This document shows, one piece after another, positions 50,262 through 59,381 of a stretch of 64,000 nt of DNA (the stretch's first letter is position 1; every line of letters starts with the position of its first letter). The notes under the pieces are model-generated. The model made no database searches and was not told the DNA's origin. It saw only the letters and a list, made by a program, of their open reading frames with translations. The DNA comes from Nitrososphaerales archaeon. GTDB lineage: Archaea; Thermoproteota; Nitrososphaeria; Nitrososphaerales; UBA213. Position numbers and translations under genes: made by a program. The DNA lies in the NCBI GenBank assembly GCA_965197925.1, contig CBDAOC010000014.1, positions 2,271-66,270 on the forward strand. The letters are read 5' to 3'.

Positions 50262-50737
50262 TAGTAACAGTTACTTTTTATGTCTGATATCTGAATTGCG
50301 CCCATTAAATTATAGATAGGATCTAACTCTTTACAAATCTCTGGGCCAAGTTCATCTATCTCGTTATTAATTAGTTCAAGTCTGTTTTCAAGTTCTGTTT
50401 CAGCGTATTGAACAGACTCGCCAAACTCAGCAACTCTAACAACAGGTGCATAAGTAGGATTTGATAGAAGTTTAGCACTTGTCCTTAGCAATATGTAGTT
50501 ATAGATAATACTTGCTTTACCTATATGATCAGATGATATAGAATAGTTTCCATCATCATCTGGGCCTTCAAAAAGATCAGGACATAATGCAATAAGTTGA
50601 TCTTCAACTAACTGAAGATAAGAGATGGAATCAATCACTTCACGAGGCAAAATGTCCTCGCCTTTACCGACTCTTTGTCTGGCAACTTCAATATAAGCAT
50701 CATAATTAGTAGTGCCTTCTATTATGATTTTTCCCAT
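50261..50737 (-). CDS. Head-tail adaptor (putative)
   Basis: Helical protein directly after the capsid gene; EFGESVQY motif. Confidence 0.5.
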   Translation of the reverse strand: MGKIIIEGTTNYDAYIEVARQRVGKGEDILPREVIDSISYLQLVEDQLIALCPDLFEGPDDDGNYSISSDHIGKASIIYNYILLRTSAKLLSNPTYAPVVRVAEFGESVQYAETELENRLELINNEIDELGPEICKELDPIYNLMGAIQISDIKSNCY

Positions 50738-50751
50738 CTCTTTAACCTCTA

Positions 50752-52125
50752 TTATTCTAACTCTATAGGTTCAGGATCAACAACATGAGAATCCCAGCCT
50801 ACTAACCAAATGCTATTCGCATCTGGAACAAAAAATCCAACGTCTGTATGGAAGTGTCTGGACATCAAACGAGTTTCTGGATTACGAGCCATTTCATCTT
50901 GCTGTAGACCTCTTCTAAACCATACTTTAATAGTATGTCTCTCATCAAAGGTCATAACATATCGTTGAGCTGAGGCACTCCGTCCAGGCAAGTCTTCATT
51001 TGCAGCTAAGTCTTTAAAGCGATTCTTTTCACGAGATACCCAACCGTAGTCAGGTATGCTTGGCTGATTATTCAGAACGCCTGGATTATTACCTCTACCT
51101 CTTCTTGCGAAGAAGTCCATAGTTACCGTTCTGTTACCGCCTACCCCAAAGTATACATCTTCCCACTCACTTATTGCAGCTGGAGTTCCAAGCATTCTAC
51201 GCATCTGATAATTCTCATAAACTTTTCGGAACTCATTCCAATTGCTTGCGGTAAGTTGTGAATACTTCTTAAAGTGGCTTGATGGGCATTTATCATATAT
51301 CTCACGAATGAGAGAGTGAAAAAGTGATTCACGTCTACGTAGGGCAAGCTTCATAACCTCTTCGCGTATTGCAGCGGCGCGAGTTTGGTTATCCAACAAA
51401 TACTCATCTGTAGCACGAATCGTAGCTCCATATCCTGTGAACTTCAGAGTATCTTTCGAATACCCGAGTTCCACAATTAACGGAGCTACACCTTCGGGGA
51501 CAACTTCCATCTCGTTTACATCACCTTCTTCAGTAGTATTGTATGGAATACGAACTACTGAACGAGATGTATTGTCAACTGAAGCTACTATCCTACGATA
51601 GTCAATCTGAGGCTCCCACTGCTGAGTAAGAATCATAGGTTGATCATCATATGGATTCTCAGCAGAACCTTCATTTAAACCTGATACAGAACTTAGCCGC
51701 TCAGTTGTTCCTTGTGGCATTCTGCTATCAATGTTAACTCTGCCATTATCAAGATCACTCGGAGAACACCCTGTCTGCAGAGTGCGACAAAATGAATCTT
51801 CATTCCATTCCCAGAATAGTTTAGCTTCGGTGGATTTATTAAACTCATCAGATGTAAAGTTTCCAATATCTTCAGCAGCACATGAGCGAGAGTATCCACG
51901 ACCTACTAAGTCAACTTTCTTTTTATGCCACATCATCACTTCTACGACTGATGCCCCAGCTTTACTTCTGTTCTTAGGAGGAATCCTTGTTTCCAAAAAC
52001 TCCATTTCAGAAACACCAGCATTCTTTGCTGCAAGACGATACTTATCTGGATTAGGAAAGTAATCATCAGATAATACAGCGTGATGATCTGGAGCTCCGC
52101 CTGGTTTCCCAGTTCCCTTTGCCAT
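50752..52125 (-). CDS. Major capsid protein (HK97 fold)
   Basis: EVVPEG...GYGATIRATDEYL E-loop/spine pattern; follows the protease and decoration genes. Confidence 0.75.
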   Translation of the reverse strand: MAKGTGKPGGAPDHHAVLSDDYFPNPDKYRLAAKNAGVSEMEFLETRIPPKNRSKAGASVVEVMMWHKKKVDLVGRGYSRSCAAEDIGNFTSDEFNKSTEAKLFWEWNEDSFCRTLQTGCSPSDLDNGRVNIDSRMPQGTTERLSSVSGLNEGSAENPYDDQPMILTQQWEPQIDYRRIVASVDNTSRSVVRIPYNTTEEGDVNEMEVVPEGVAPLIVELGYSKDTLKFTGYGATIRATDEYLLDNQTRAAAIREEVMKLALRRRESLFHSLIREIYDKCPSSHFKKYSQLTASNWNEFRKVYENYQMRRMLGTPAAISEWEDVYFGVGGNRTVTMDFFARRGRGNNPGVLNNQPSIPDYGWVSREKNRFKDLAANEDLPGRSASAQRYVMTFDERHTIKVWFRRGLQQDEMARNPETRLMSRHFHTDVGFFVPDANSIWLVGWDSHVVDPEPIELE

Positions 52126-52169
52126 TTCTTTTCTCCTTTTTGACTCCTTTATTTAGTTCACGTATAAAA

Positions 52170-52682
52170 CTAACCGCCCATGCTATGCATAACGATTACA
52201 TCTGCTTCAGAGTCTGTATTAGCTGGATAAACTCCTCCGCCTTCATCTACATATCCAATGCCTTTCAACGCATTATTGATTGCAGTAGCATTAGCAGCAT
52301 TAGCTACTAAAGGGCTTGGTGCATTAGGAGCAGCTTGGACATATCCATTCTCAGCAGTTCCTCCAGACTCAATAACACGGGTTGCTCCTACAATCTTTGC
52401 TCCTGTTGAAATAGCAGCAGTTCCAGCATTCTTAAACTTTGTTCCAGCAGATTCTACCTTTACTACAGCTTTTCCAGAATTGAAATACTGGAAAGAACCT
52501 TTGATCCTGTCATTTGCACCAGCAAGAACTGCTTTACCATTCTTAATAGTTATAGATCTATCTTTATATCTGATACCTGCATTAGATTCGTCAAAAATGT
52601 GAGCTGCGTTTCCAGTGAAACGATCTCCTCCAGTCTTATCAAAATCATAGAGCCATAGTATCTCATGTGGTCGTTGAGCCAT
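52170..52682 (-). CDS. Capsid decoration/cement protein
   Basis: G/A-rich small protein between scaffold and capsid genes. Confidence 0.55.
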   Translation of the reverse strand: MAQRPHEILWLYDFDKTGGDRFTGNAAHIFDESNAGIRYKDRSITIKNGKAVLAGANDRIKGSFQYFNSGKAVVKVESAGTKFKNAGTAAISTGAKIVGATRVIESGGTAENGYVQAAPNAPSPLVANAANATAINNALKGIGYVDEGGGVYPANTDSEADVIVMHSMGG

Positions 52683-52695
52683 TATTTACCTCCTC

Positions 52696-53955
52696 CTAAA
52701 CAAGTTTGGTATCATTGTCCGCAGGTTCTGGCTCTTGATCTGCAACCCAATCTGGATTACCTGGATTAAGAACTTCATCAAACTCCTTGCGGTCTTCATC
52801 TTTAGTCTTTCTTTCACCGCCCTCAGATTCACCCGCCTTCTTGATAGCAGCAAGATGACTCTTCATCATATCTCGCTCATCCTGAACTTGTGCAAGTGTT
52901 AATCTATCCCACTTGTCTTCCTGCTCACGCAAACTCTCACTTGTAACGTTATTACCTCTCAATTCAATATAAAGCTTCCGAGCCTCACCGACTACACCTT
53001 GCTTCTCAGAATCAACAGTAGTCTTTTTGATTTCTGCCAATTCCGTTTCAAGAGTCGCTTTTTCAGCCTCAAGCTTCGTGAATCTGTCTTCAATAGCTTG
53101 AGGAATTGGAGTATCTGTTGGAGGTGCAGGTGCGAGAGGTGGCGGAGCAGCTGGCGGAGCAGCTAAAACTTCTTTAACGACTTCTCTGATCTGGTCTAAA
53201 TCCGCTTTTTCAAAAGGCATTTGTATGCCTCCTATAATAGTTCTTCCTTGATTACTATCTGTTTTCGCTCTTTGGATGTCAAGGCTCATTCCAAATACGC
53301 GATTGATGTTAAACGCTTGCTTTCTTGTTAGCAAGCCTTCACTTAGATGATCTTCTGCACGAGCAACAATGATTGCATCTGGATTACTTCCTGCATAGCA
53401 TGTGGATACTTCACCCAGTTTAGCGTCTTTGATTTTAGGGATGATCTCAAAGACTTCATCTTTCCCGTCCTTCTTTATTACGATTTTATCTCCAGGCCAA
53501 TGCTGGCAACCTTGTGAGTAGTCAAACATATCTACTTCGCACTTGTTGCACCAATACCAACCATCATACAAACCGACAGATACGGCTTTTATTCTCTCTT
53601 GCTCAACCATATAAATCAAGTTATCCGATGTTCTGTATGGAGCATCAGCATGGACGATTTCAAGACCTCGCTCTATCTCCAAATCACAATCAACCTCAAA
53701 CTTGTCATTCATAACTGCATTTGAAGTCCCACCATAAATAACAGCTTTATTATGTGAGTGGCAGCCTGGAACTCCAGCGTCTGCCATATCTCTACAAGTA
53801 GGAATAGTAGTCTCTTCACATATACTTGTGCGATGACTATCAGCAGTTGGAGATGTTATCCTTACTCTACAGGAATACGGCTTGCTCTTGTCTTCGGTTG
53901 GCGTTTGCCGTGAAGTGATTCCTGCTTCTCTGTATACTGCGATTGGGATTGGCAT
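52696..53955 (-). CDS. Prohead protease with fused scaffold
   Basis: HSH...AVSVG...EVSTCYAGSNPDA protease motifs; coiled-coil C-terminus (possible internal start MPFEK after GGAGG). Confidence 0.75.
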   Translation of the reverse strand: MPIPIAVYREAGITSRQTPTEDKSKPYSCRVRITSPTADSHRTSICEETTIPTCRDMADAGVPGCHSHNKAVIYGGTSNAVMNDKFEVDCDLEIERGLEIVHADAPYRTSDNLIYMVEQERIKAVSVGLYDGWYWCNKCEVDMFDYSQGCQHWPGDKIVIKKDGKDEVFEIIPKIKDAKLGEVSTCYAGSNPDAIIVARAEDHLSEGLLTRKQAFNINRVFGMSLDIQRAKTDSNQGRTIIGGIQMPFEKADLDQIREVVKEVLAAPPAAPPPLAPAPPTDTPIPQAIEDRFTKLEAEKATLETELAEIKKTTVDSEKQGVVGEARKLYIELRGNNVTSESLREQEDKWDRLTLAQVQDERDMMKSHLAAIKKAGESEGGERKTKDEDRKEFDEVLNPGNPDWVADQEPEPADNDTKLV

Positions 53956-54039
53956 TGTTCTTGTTCCTCTTTAGAGAATCGTTGTTTGCCTTTGGCGAGT
54001 TTAGACTTTGTCGCCTTCGGGACACCGCGATAAGTTTCT

Positions 54040-54282
54040 TCAGGATTCATTTTCTACCTCAAAGTTTTGAGCAATAGCCTTCTGAGCCCAAGCTCTTGAT
54101 ATTGTAAGATAGTTTACCATCTTTGTAGCATCAGGACAATCAGGGACAACTTCTGCTAAAGATTCTCCAAGCTCAACAAATAGCTGGCTGGCTTTTATAT
54201 GAGCCTGCTCCTGTTCTTTTGATTTTGTCGGTGAATGTGTCAACTCTTTTCTGACATACTCTTTAAAATCTCTGCCTTGCAT
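54040..54282 (-). CDS. Acb2/Tad1-like hairpin protein (candidate cyclic-nucleotide sponge)
   Basis: LTHSP...ELGESLAEVVPDCPDATKMVNYLTISRAWAQKAIAQN resembles the family pattern FTYH.P...CP.SRE.SLA.T.LE.A.MWAN.AIA.N. Confidence 0.55.
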   Translation of the reverse strand: MQGRDFKEYVRKELTHSPTKSKEQEQAHIKASQLFVELGESLAEVVPDCPDATKMVNYLTISRAWAQKAIAQNFEVENES

Positions 54283-54292
54283 GATAGACTCC

Positions 54293-54508
54293 TTATTTTA
54301 AAACTTCATAGTTTGACTGATGTAGTTGCAACATCTGTATTTCAAGTTTCATACACTCAATGTTAATAGCATCAAGTATTCTTGATAGAGTTTCTGGCTT
54401 TAGATCGTTTTTCAAATCTTCAATAAGAGAATCTTTAAGATCTGAAAGGTGATCTAATTGTTTCCGTATCTCTTTGGCTTGTTCTTCATAATTATTTTCG
54501 TTATTCAC
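54293..54508 (-). CDS. Small helical hypothetical protein
   Basis: ORF with AAGGAG RBS after portal. Confidence 0.55.
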   Translation of the reverse strand: MNNENNYEEQAKEIRKQLDHLSDLKDSLIEDLKNDLKPETLSRILDAINIECMKLEIQMLQLHQSNYEVLK

Positions 54509-54519
54509 TTGTAGACTCC

Positions 54520-55974
54520 TTATTTTACATTCTTGAAAATCATCTGCCCTCTTCTTCTGTCACGCTCTTTTTCCCAATACTCTTGTGCTTGTGCTTCAGA
54601 CATTCTGCCTGTATTCACCGCATCTGTCAACCACATATTCAAACTTAGCATGCTATTATCAAAAGACATGTTAGCCTGTTGAACTTGAATGTTGATTCCA
54701 GCGAGAAGTTTCTCTTCTTCAAATATACTCCTACGAAGTCTAAACTCTACCAGCTGATTAATGTTGCTTCTCATCAAAGCTATATTGCATTGTCTTGTCA
54801 TTGACTCATTGATAGAAGTCTGAGCATGATTGATAAGTAACGCATAGTGATTCATTTCATACATTGCTCTTGTCTCTGTGAATGAATCTGATCCAGAGAA
54901 TAATAACTGATTAGACTTCAATGCCATCATTATCTGTCTGTCAAGTATGTCAATAAAGTCTGGCACGCCTCCGAGATTTGCTTTATTCATACCAGATAGT
55001 AGTTCAGGCTCCATAACCTCACTACCATATGATAGAACTTTACCTGGGCCCATCTCCTCAAGCTCTTTCTTCAACATCGCAAGGACTTCGGTTACAAACG
55101 CTCCTCGCTTGCTTTCGGTCTTTACCATTTCTGCGATAACTTCTCGGTCTATTCGCATCAACAAAGCAGGCCAAACTAATGTTTGAAGGACTTGTTGATA
55201 ACTCTTGAAAAACTCAACAACCATTATCAAATGAAATAGAGCTGCGTCTACTAAAGGTTTGCCGTATGGGTTTCCGACTTGAGCATATAGCGGTTTATAT
55301 TCAATAGTAGGATCAAAGTGAAGAGATACAAATGGCTCATTCCGTTGCCTTTGACCCAACTCAAAAAACTGCCCAGTTTTAGATTCTGATCTTTTGTATA
55401 CTGCCGAATATGGATCTAATCCTACAAGTCGTTTTGGTATGTCGTCTTCATATGCAGACTCATAGAAATATGCACCGTGTAAGAACATTGACTCTGATAT
55501 CTGATCTATAAAACCATCAATGCTTACATCATACAATCCCATATCATCAAACCATCTGTCCAATATCGGATGAGATTCTGGATAAATATCCCAGCCTGGC
55601 TTCACATACTCTTGAAAATCTGTAATAGCTGCAGATACCTGTGGATTAGAGTTTGCCATTACCTGGCGGACTTGATGTGTTGGTAAGTCTGCAAGGTCTT
55701 TGGTAGTTAGTTGTCCGTAACTCTTTATGCCATTTTCAGGTCTACTGACGACATTAGCAAAGCCTGTGAAAGGATTCTCATCAAATACACGAGCTATCAT
55801 ACCGCTTTGAGCTATAGCTCTTTCGTCATACTGTGTTTCGCCTACAGAAAGCAGTTCGCTAAATTCCTCATGCTGTTTTCTTATGTAATTGTCCTGAACT
55901 CTTTTATCTCTCGCTAATACAGCATTGTTATAGCGAACTTGATTATTTAGTTGGATGCTTTCTCGTAGTGCCAT
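54520..55974 (-). CDS. Portal protein
   Basis: MFLHGAYFYE and GNPYGKPLVDAA motifs; first gene of the head operon. Confidence 0.8.
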   Translation of the reverse strand: MALRESIQLNNQVRYNNAVLARDKRVQDNYIRKQHEEFSELLSVGETQYDERAIAQSGMIARVFDENPFTGFANVVSRPENGIKSYGQLTTKDLADLPTHQVRQVMANSNPQVSAAITDFQEYVKPGWDIYPESHPILDRWFDDMGLYDVSIDGFIDQISESMFLHGAYFYESAYEDDIPKRLVGLDPYSAVYKRSESKTGQFFELGQRQRNEPFVSLHFDPTIEYKPLYAQVGNPYGKPLVDAALFHLIMVVEFFKSYQQVLQTLVWPALLMRIDREVIAEMVKTESKRGAFVTEVLAMLKKELEEMGPGKVLSYGSEVMEPELLSGMNKANLGGVPDFIDILDRQIMMALKSNQLLFSGSDSFTETRAMYEMNHYALLINHAQTSINESMTRQCNIALMRSNINQLVEFRLRRSIFEEEKLLAGINIQVQQANMSFDNSMLSLNMWLTDAVNTGRMSEAQAQEYWEKERDRRRGQMIFKNVK

Positions 55975-56026
55975 TTTATGAGCTTTCCATTTAGTTAGGA
56001 TTGATTAGGGATTTATGCTTACATAA

Positions 56027-56055
56027 ATCATAACAAATCATAAAGAAAAAGTCAA
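56027..56055 (-). promoter_or_regulatory. Portal/head operon promoter
   Basis: TTGACT-N17-TATGAT; GGCCC-N4-GGGCC at 56067-56080 just upstream. Confidence 0.6.
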
Positions 56056-56448
56056 GCTATTAATTCGGCCCGCGCGGGCCGCAATAAATGTGAAAGTGGT
56101 AAATACCAGTTAAGTATAATGAAGTCATGGAACTTCATTATTATTTTTTCAGATGTGAGATTTAGCTTTTTTAGTTTTCAATTTCGTAGAATTGGCGGGG
56201 TATAAAATCGCGTCTCTTTTCACGTTTCGGCTTCAGCAAGTTAACGTTATGTTAATACACGCATAAACACGCATAATAGGGGATATACCGAGTCCATGAC
56301 GCTGGCCGCACTCATACCACACAACAGGGTATGAAACGCGCCCAGCGTCATGTGAAGCGGACTAATGGAGGTATGGAGGTGTTGTTAACCCTGCATCATA
56401 ACGTGAAATGGAGGGGTTAACGTAGAGTTAACATGGATAGCATAACTC

Positions 56449-56815
56449 GCGAACCCAATGGGCATGCGGGTTTATAGCATAACTACTACACAAATAATAA
56501 CACATATATCATAACACATGCACAAAAGCGGGCACTTTTTATCCGACTGCACAAAATGGGGCAATCGCTTGCGAACCCAATGGGCATGCGGGTTAGATGG
56601 ACATTGCACAAAAAGGGGCATCATAACTGCACAAAAGCGGGCAGTTTTTAGAACCCTGCAATATAGCGCGCGCGATTATACAATTAACGTTGCGAACCCA
56701 ATGGGCATGCGGGTTAGATGGCTATAACATAATAATAAATATGAAAAATGAAACAATAATTATTATTTTATGGCAAATACTTTACAGTGTTAACCACTCA
56801 CAAACCCAATGGGCC
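56449..56815 (+). repeat. Spaced direct repeats GCGAACCCAATGGGCATGCGGGTT (x3 + partial) with TGCACAAAA..GGGCA repeats (x4)
   Basis: Copies start at 56449, 56571, 56692 and ~56800; second motif at ~56519, 56548, 56605 and 56628. Confidence 0.85.
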
Positions 56816-56983
56816 ACTACGTTGGCACGAACCTTGCATTTATGGTGGCATGCGGAGGTGAGTTGCCTCCGTATGATTTGACATCAAACAACGGAATCAT
56901 AACAATAGCAAACATGATTCCCTTATGTATGGACAGTCCATACAAAATAACACAAGCGAAAGCTTGAAAAGGATTTAGCAAAC

Positions 56984-57637
56984 ATGGCACGTTTAACGTA
57001 TACCAGTGGCACAGCTTACAATCGGAAAGAGTCCATCATGATAACCACACCTTTTGACATTAATGACTTATTTCAAAAAGTTATTGATAATCCTGCCCTG
57101 CCATTAACAGGTAAGGATAAAGGGTTGAATGATAGTGTATACGGTGTTATATCCAAAGGGTTTGACATCAAGTATAATCATGCAAAAGTATGCGAACTGC
57201 TTGAATCAAGCGAGTTCCATAATGAAGTAGATAACCATGTAGAAGCGACTGTGTTGGCAAGGTTAAAAAAGCAACCTCGCGACATAGGCAGTGGCAGTGG
57301 CGGCCCGCGCGGCGGGAATAACGGAATTACCAATGCATTAAAAATTGAGATAGGTGAATTGGTAATCGGAGCATCATGTGTTAAGGTTGGTATAGAACCC
57401 AGTGATGCGAGTGATTATGAAATCACTAAAGAATGGGTTGTTTCTACAATCACAGGGAAGAATGAAAACAAGCCAAAACGGCGCGTTAAGAATGATAAGG
57501 AACGCGTAGAAGAATTGACAGTTAAAGTGGTTATGGCACTCCATAGCGCTGGAATTTCCAATCATGATATTGCGAATGATAATGATATGGATTTGACAAT
57601 TGAGCAGGTTGACGAAATCGTTGGATTTAATCTATAA
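56984..57637 (+). CDS. Hypothetical early protein (C-terminal HTH-like)
   Basis: 217-aa ORF with AAGGA RBS, followed by a terminator. Confidence 0.65.
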   Translation: MARLTYTSGTAYNRKESIMITTPFDINDLFQKVIDNPALPLTGKDKGLNDSVYGVISKGFDIKYNHAKVCELLESSEFHNEVDNHVEATVLARLKKQPRDIGSGSGGPRGGNNGITNALKIEIGELVIGASCVKVGIEPSDASDYEITKEWVVSTITGKNENKPKRRVKNDKERVEELTVKVVMALHSAGISNHDIANDNDMDLTIEQVDEIVGFNL

Positions 57638-57645
57638 GCAATCCG

Positions 57646-57690
57646 AACCTAAAAAACCGTTGACATCAACCGTCAACGGTTTTTTAGGTT
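57646..57690. terminator. Perfect 19-bp hairpin, bidirectional terminator-like
   Basis: AACCTAAAAAACCGTTGAC-N7-GTCAACGGTTTTTTAGGTT. Confidence 0.75.
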
Positions 57691-57692
57691 AA

Positions 57693-57851
57693 GGAAGCGT
57701 AGGAGCGAACCGAACCCCAATGGGAAGCGCAGGAGCGAACCGAACCCCAATGGGAAGCGCAGGAGCGAACCGAACCCCAATGGGAAGCGCAGGAGCGAAC
57801 CGAACCCCAATGGGAAGCGCAGGAGCGAACCGAACCCCAATGGGAAGCGCA
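57693..57851 (+). repeat. 30-bp tandem repeat x5.3
   Basis: GGAAGCGCAGGAGCGAACCGAACCCCAATG units, head to tail. Confidence 0.95.
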
Positions 57852-57853
57852 GA

Positions 57854-57917
57854 GGATACAAGAAACTCTTTTGGGATTATGAAAAGAGTCTCCGAATTAA
57901 CGGACTGATGAGTATCC
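57854..57917 (+). ncRNA. Hammerhead ribozyme, type II (variant with AA insertion before GAAA)
   Basis: GGATAC-AA-GAAA-CTCTTTT..AAAAGAG-TC-TCCG-AATTAA-CGGA-CTGATGA-GTATCC; predicted cut after GUC at 57890. Confidence 0.7.
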
Positions 57918-57988
57918 ATCAGAATCTGCATATCGGATGCGGATTTATGGATTTTCCAGAAATTATGCATAGATAAAAAAGGAAAAAG

Positions 57989-58255
57989 ATGTATAAAATA
58001 GTTCAGGGTGATAGAAAAGACGATTATAGAGTCCCAATTGGGATGCAGTCGGATTATGACGCTGATTCTATTGAATCAGCAATAGAATCAGCAAATAGGT
58101 TTTGTATGGATTCGTATGGAATAACTCTACAATGGGAAGATATGGAAGTAGATAATTCTGGTATGTTCCCAGTTCACGCAAGAGCTTATGGGATAGATGA
58201 AGGCTCTTATCTTGAAATAGAGGTCCGTAGCGGATACCCAGTATTTCCCTCGTAG
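57989..58255 (+). CDS. Hypothetical early protein
   Basis: AAGGA RBS; first ORF after the hammerhead. Confidence 0.6.
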   Translation: MYKIVQGDRKDDYRVPIGMQSDYDADSIESAIESANRFCMDSYGITLQWEDMEVDNSGMFPVHARAYGIDEGSYLEIEVRSGYPVFPS

Positions 58256-58273
58256 CAATCTTACAAACATCGG

Positions 58274-59008
58274 ATGCGGATTATTCCGAATCTGATAAGG
58301 AGTTTACGGATTATGAAACGTCTACGTCCTGAGGAAATACAGGACAGGATCAAACGGCAAGAGGATGCGGAGCGTGAAAGACGTGATATCAAACCAGAGC
58401 ATCGGATAAAGTCTTCGGATGATATCAAACGTAAAGAGAAGATCAACAAGGATCGGATAGAGTCTCGTAAAGCAGAATATGAGAAAAAGAGACCCGATCC
58501 TATTGATCCGAAAACTACATCGGATAACCCAAAGCCGAAAACTGCATCGGATAAGTTTATACCAGCTGGTATCTCTTTATCCAAGCACACTCGGCAGTGC
58601 TTGAAATCAGTCGGAATTGGGAATGAATATCAACTCGGTGTCGTAAGCTTGGAATATCTTGAATCCAAGCATAAAATCTCTCGGATGCCAGACCTTGCGT
58701 ATCAGGAATTCAAGGCGTGGTATATTTGGTATAAGAATGAGCTTGAAATAGAAGAACTTGAAGAGAAGCTTGATGCCAAAGAGAAAAAAGGGATTGAGTA
58801 TCAGGAGAAACTCTCGGGAATCAAGTCCAGTATTGAAATGGAGAAGAATGCTGGAACTTTGATATCGGGCGTATCAATTGACAGATCCAAACGAGGCAGA
58901 AATCGTGGGCTTTATACACCTCCGAAGAAGCACCGTGAGATCGCACTCATAAATCGTTTAGAAGAGAAACTAATGCAACTTGAAGCTAAAAAGGAGTCAA
59001 AATCATGA
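58274..59008 (+). CDS. Charged hypothetical protein (likely start at MKRL, 58313)
   Basis: Long ORF; AAGGAG precedes the MKRL start. Confidence 0.6.
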   Translation: MRIIPNLIRSLRIMKRLRPEEIQDRIKRQEDAERERRDIKPEHRIKSSDDIKRKEKINKDRIESRKAEYEKKRPDPIDPKTTSDNPKPKTASDKFIPAGISLSKHTRQCLKSVGIGNEYQLGVVSLEYLESKHKISRMPDLAYQEFKAWYIWYKNELEIEELEEKLDAKEKKGIEYQEKLSGIKSSIEMEKNAGTLISGVSIDRSKRGRNRGLYTPPKKHREIALINRLEEKLMQLEAKKESKS

Positions 59009-59178
59009 AACGGATAGATCGTATTGAACAAGCTATAGAACAGCTTAGAAGCGATAGCGTGAGAATAGCATTATCGTATCGCAGATGTCTCATAAATCAT
59101 AGTGAAGCATCTCGGATGATATATGATAGGAATGTAATAATCCGAAAACTTCAAAGAGGTGAATATCTTATTAGATAG
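59005..59178 (+). CDS. Hypothetical protein (57 aa, not in ORF track)
   Basis: MKRIDRIEQAIEQL..., AAGGAG RBS, ATGA overlap. Confidence 0.5.
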   Translation: MKRIDRIEQAIEQLRSDSVRIALSYRRCLINHSEASRMIYDRNVIIRKLQRGEYLIR

Positions 59179-59193
59179 CTTTGAAAGTCGGAT

Positions 59194-59263
59194 AAAGGGG
59201 CGGCTTGGTCTGAAGATCACCAGAATACTGGTGTGATTCAGGCTGAGTCGCCCCTTTTTTATT
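59194..59263 (+). terminator. Long hairpin terminator with internal tandem G.A loop
   Basis: AAAGGGGCGGCTTGGTCTGAA-GAT-CACCAG-AATA-CTGGTG-TGA-TTCAGGCTGAGTCGCCCCTTTTTT. Confidence 0.65.
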
Positions 59264-59294
59264 TAAAGACATCTATTACAAAGGAGATAGAATC

Positions 59295-59381
59295 ATGTAT
59301 GAGATATGTAAAGCAGTGGCTACGATCTTAGTCTTTGCCTTAGCAGTAGTCGTGATGCTGGTTGCCTACATAGTCTTGTAG
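59295..59381 (+). CDS. 28-aa single-TM peptide
   Basis: MYEICKAVATILVFALAVVVMLVAYIVL with AAGGAG RBS. Confidence 0.5.
   Translation: MYEICKAVATILVFALAVVVMLVAYIVL

Noticed and set aside
56449-56722. Mini-CRISPR array
   Set aside because: Intervals of ~90-100 nt are too long for spacers and contain their own repeats; the motif recurs elsewhere as a dispersed box.
57693-57851. CRISPR array
   Set aside because: Units are head-to-tail near-identical 30-mers with no unique spacers; no cas genes in the window.
57673-57970. ORFs across the 30-bp tandem repeat
   Set aside because: Open frames are a by-product of a stop-free repeat; no convincing RBS.
59210-59245. Third hammerhead (CTGAAGA followed by a hairpin)
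   Set aside because: No GAAA after the stem, and the CUGA is sequestered in the long hairpin.
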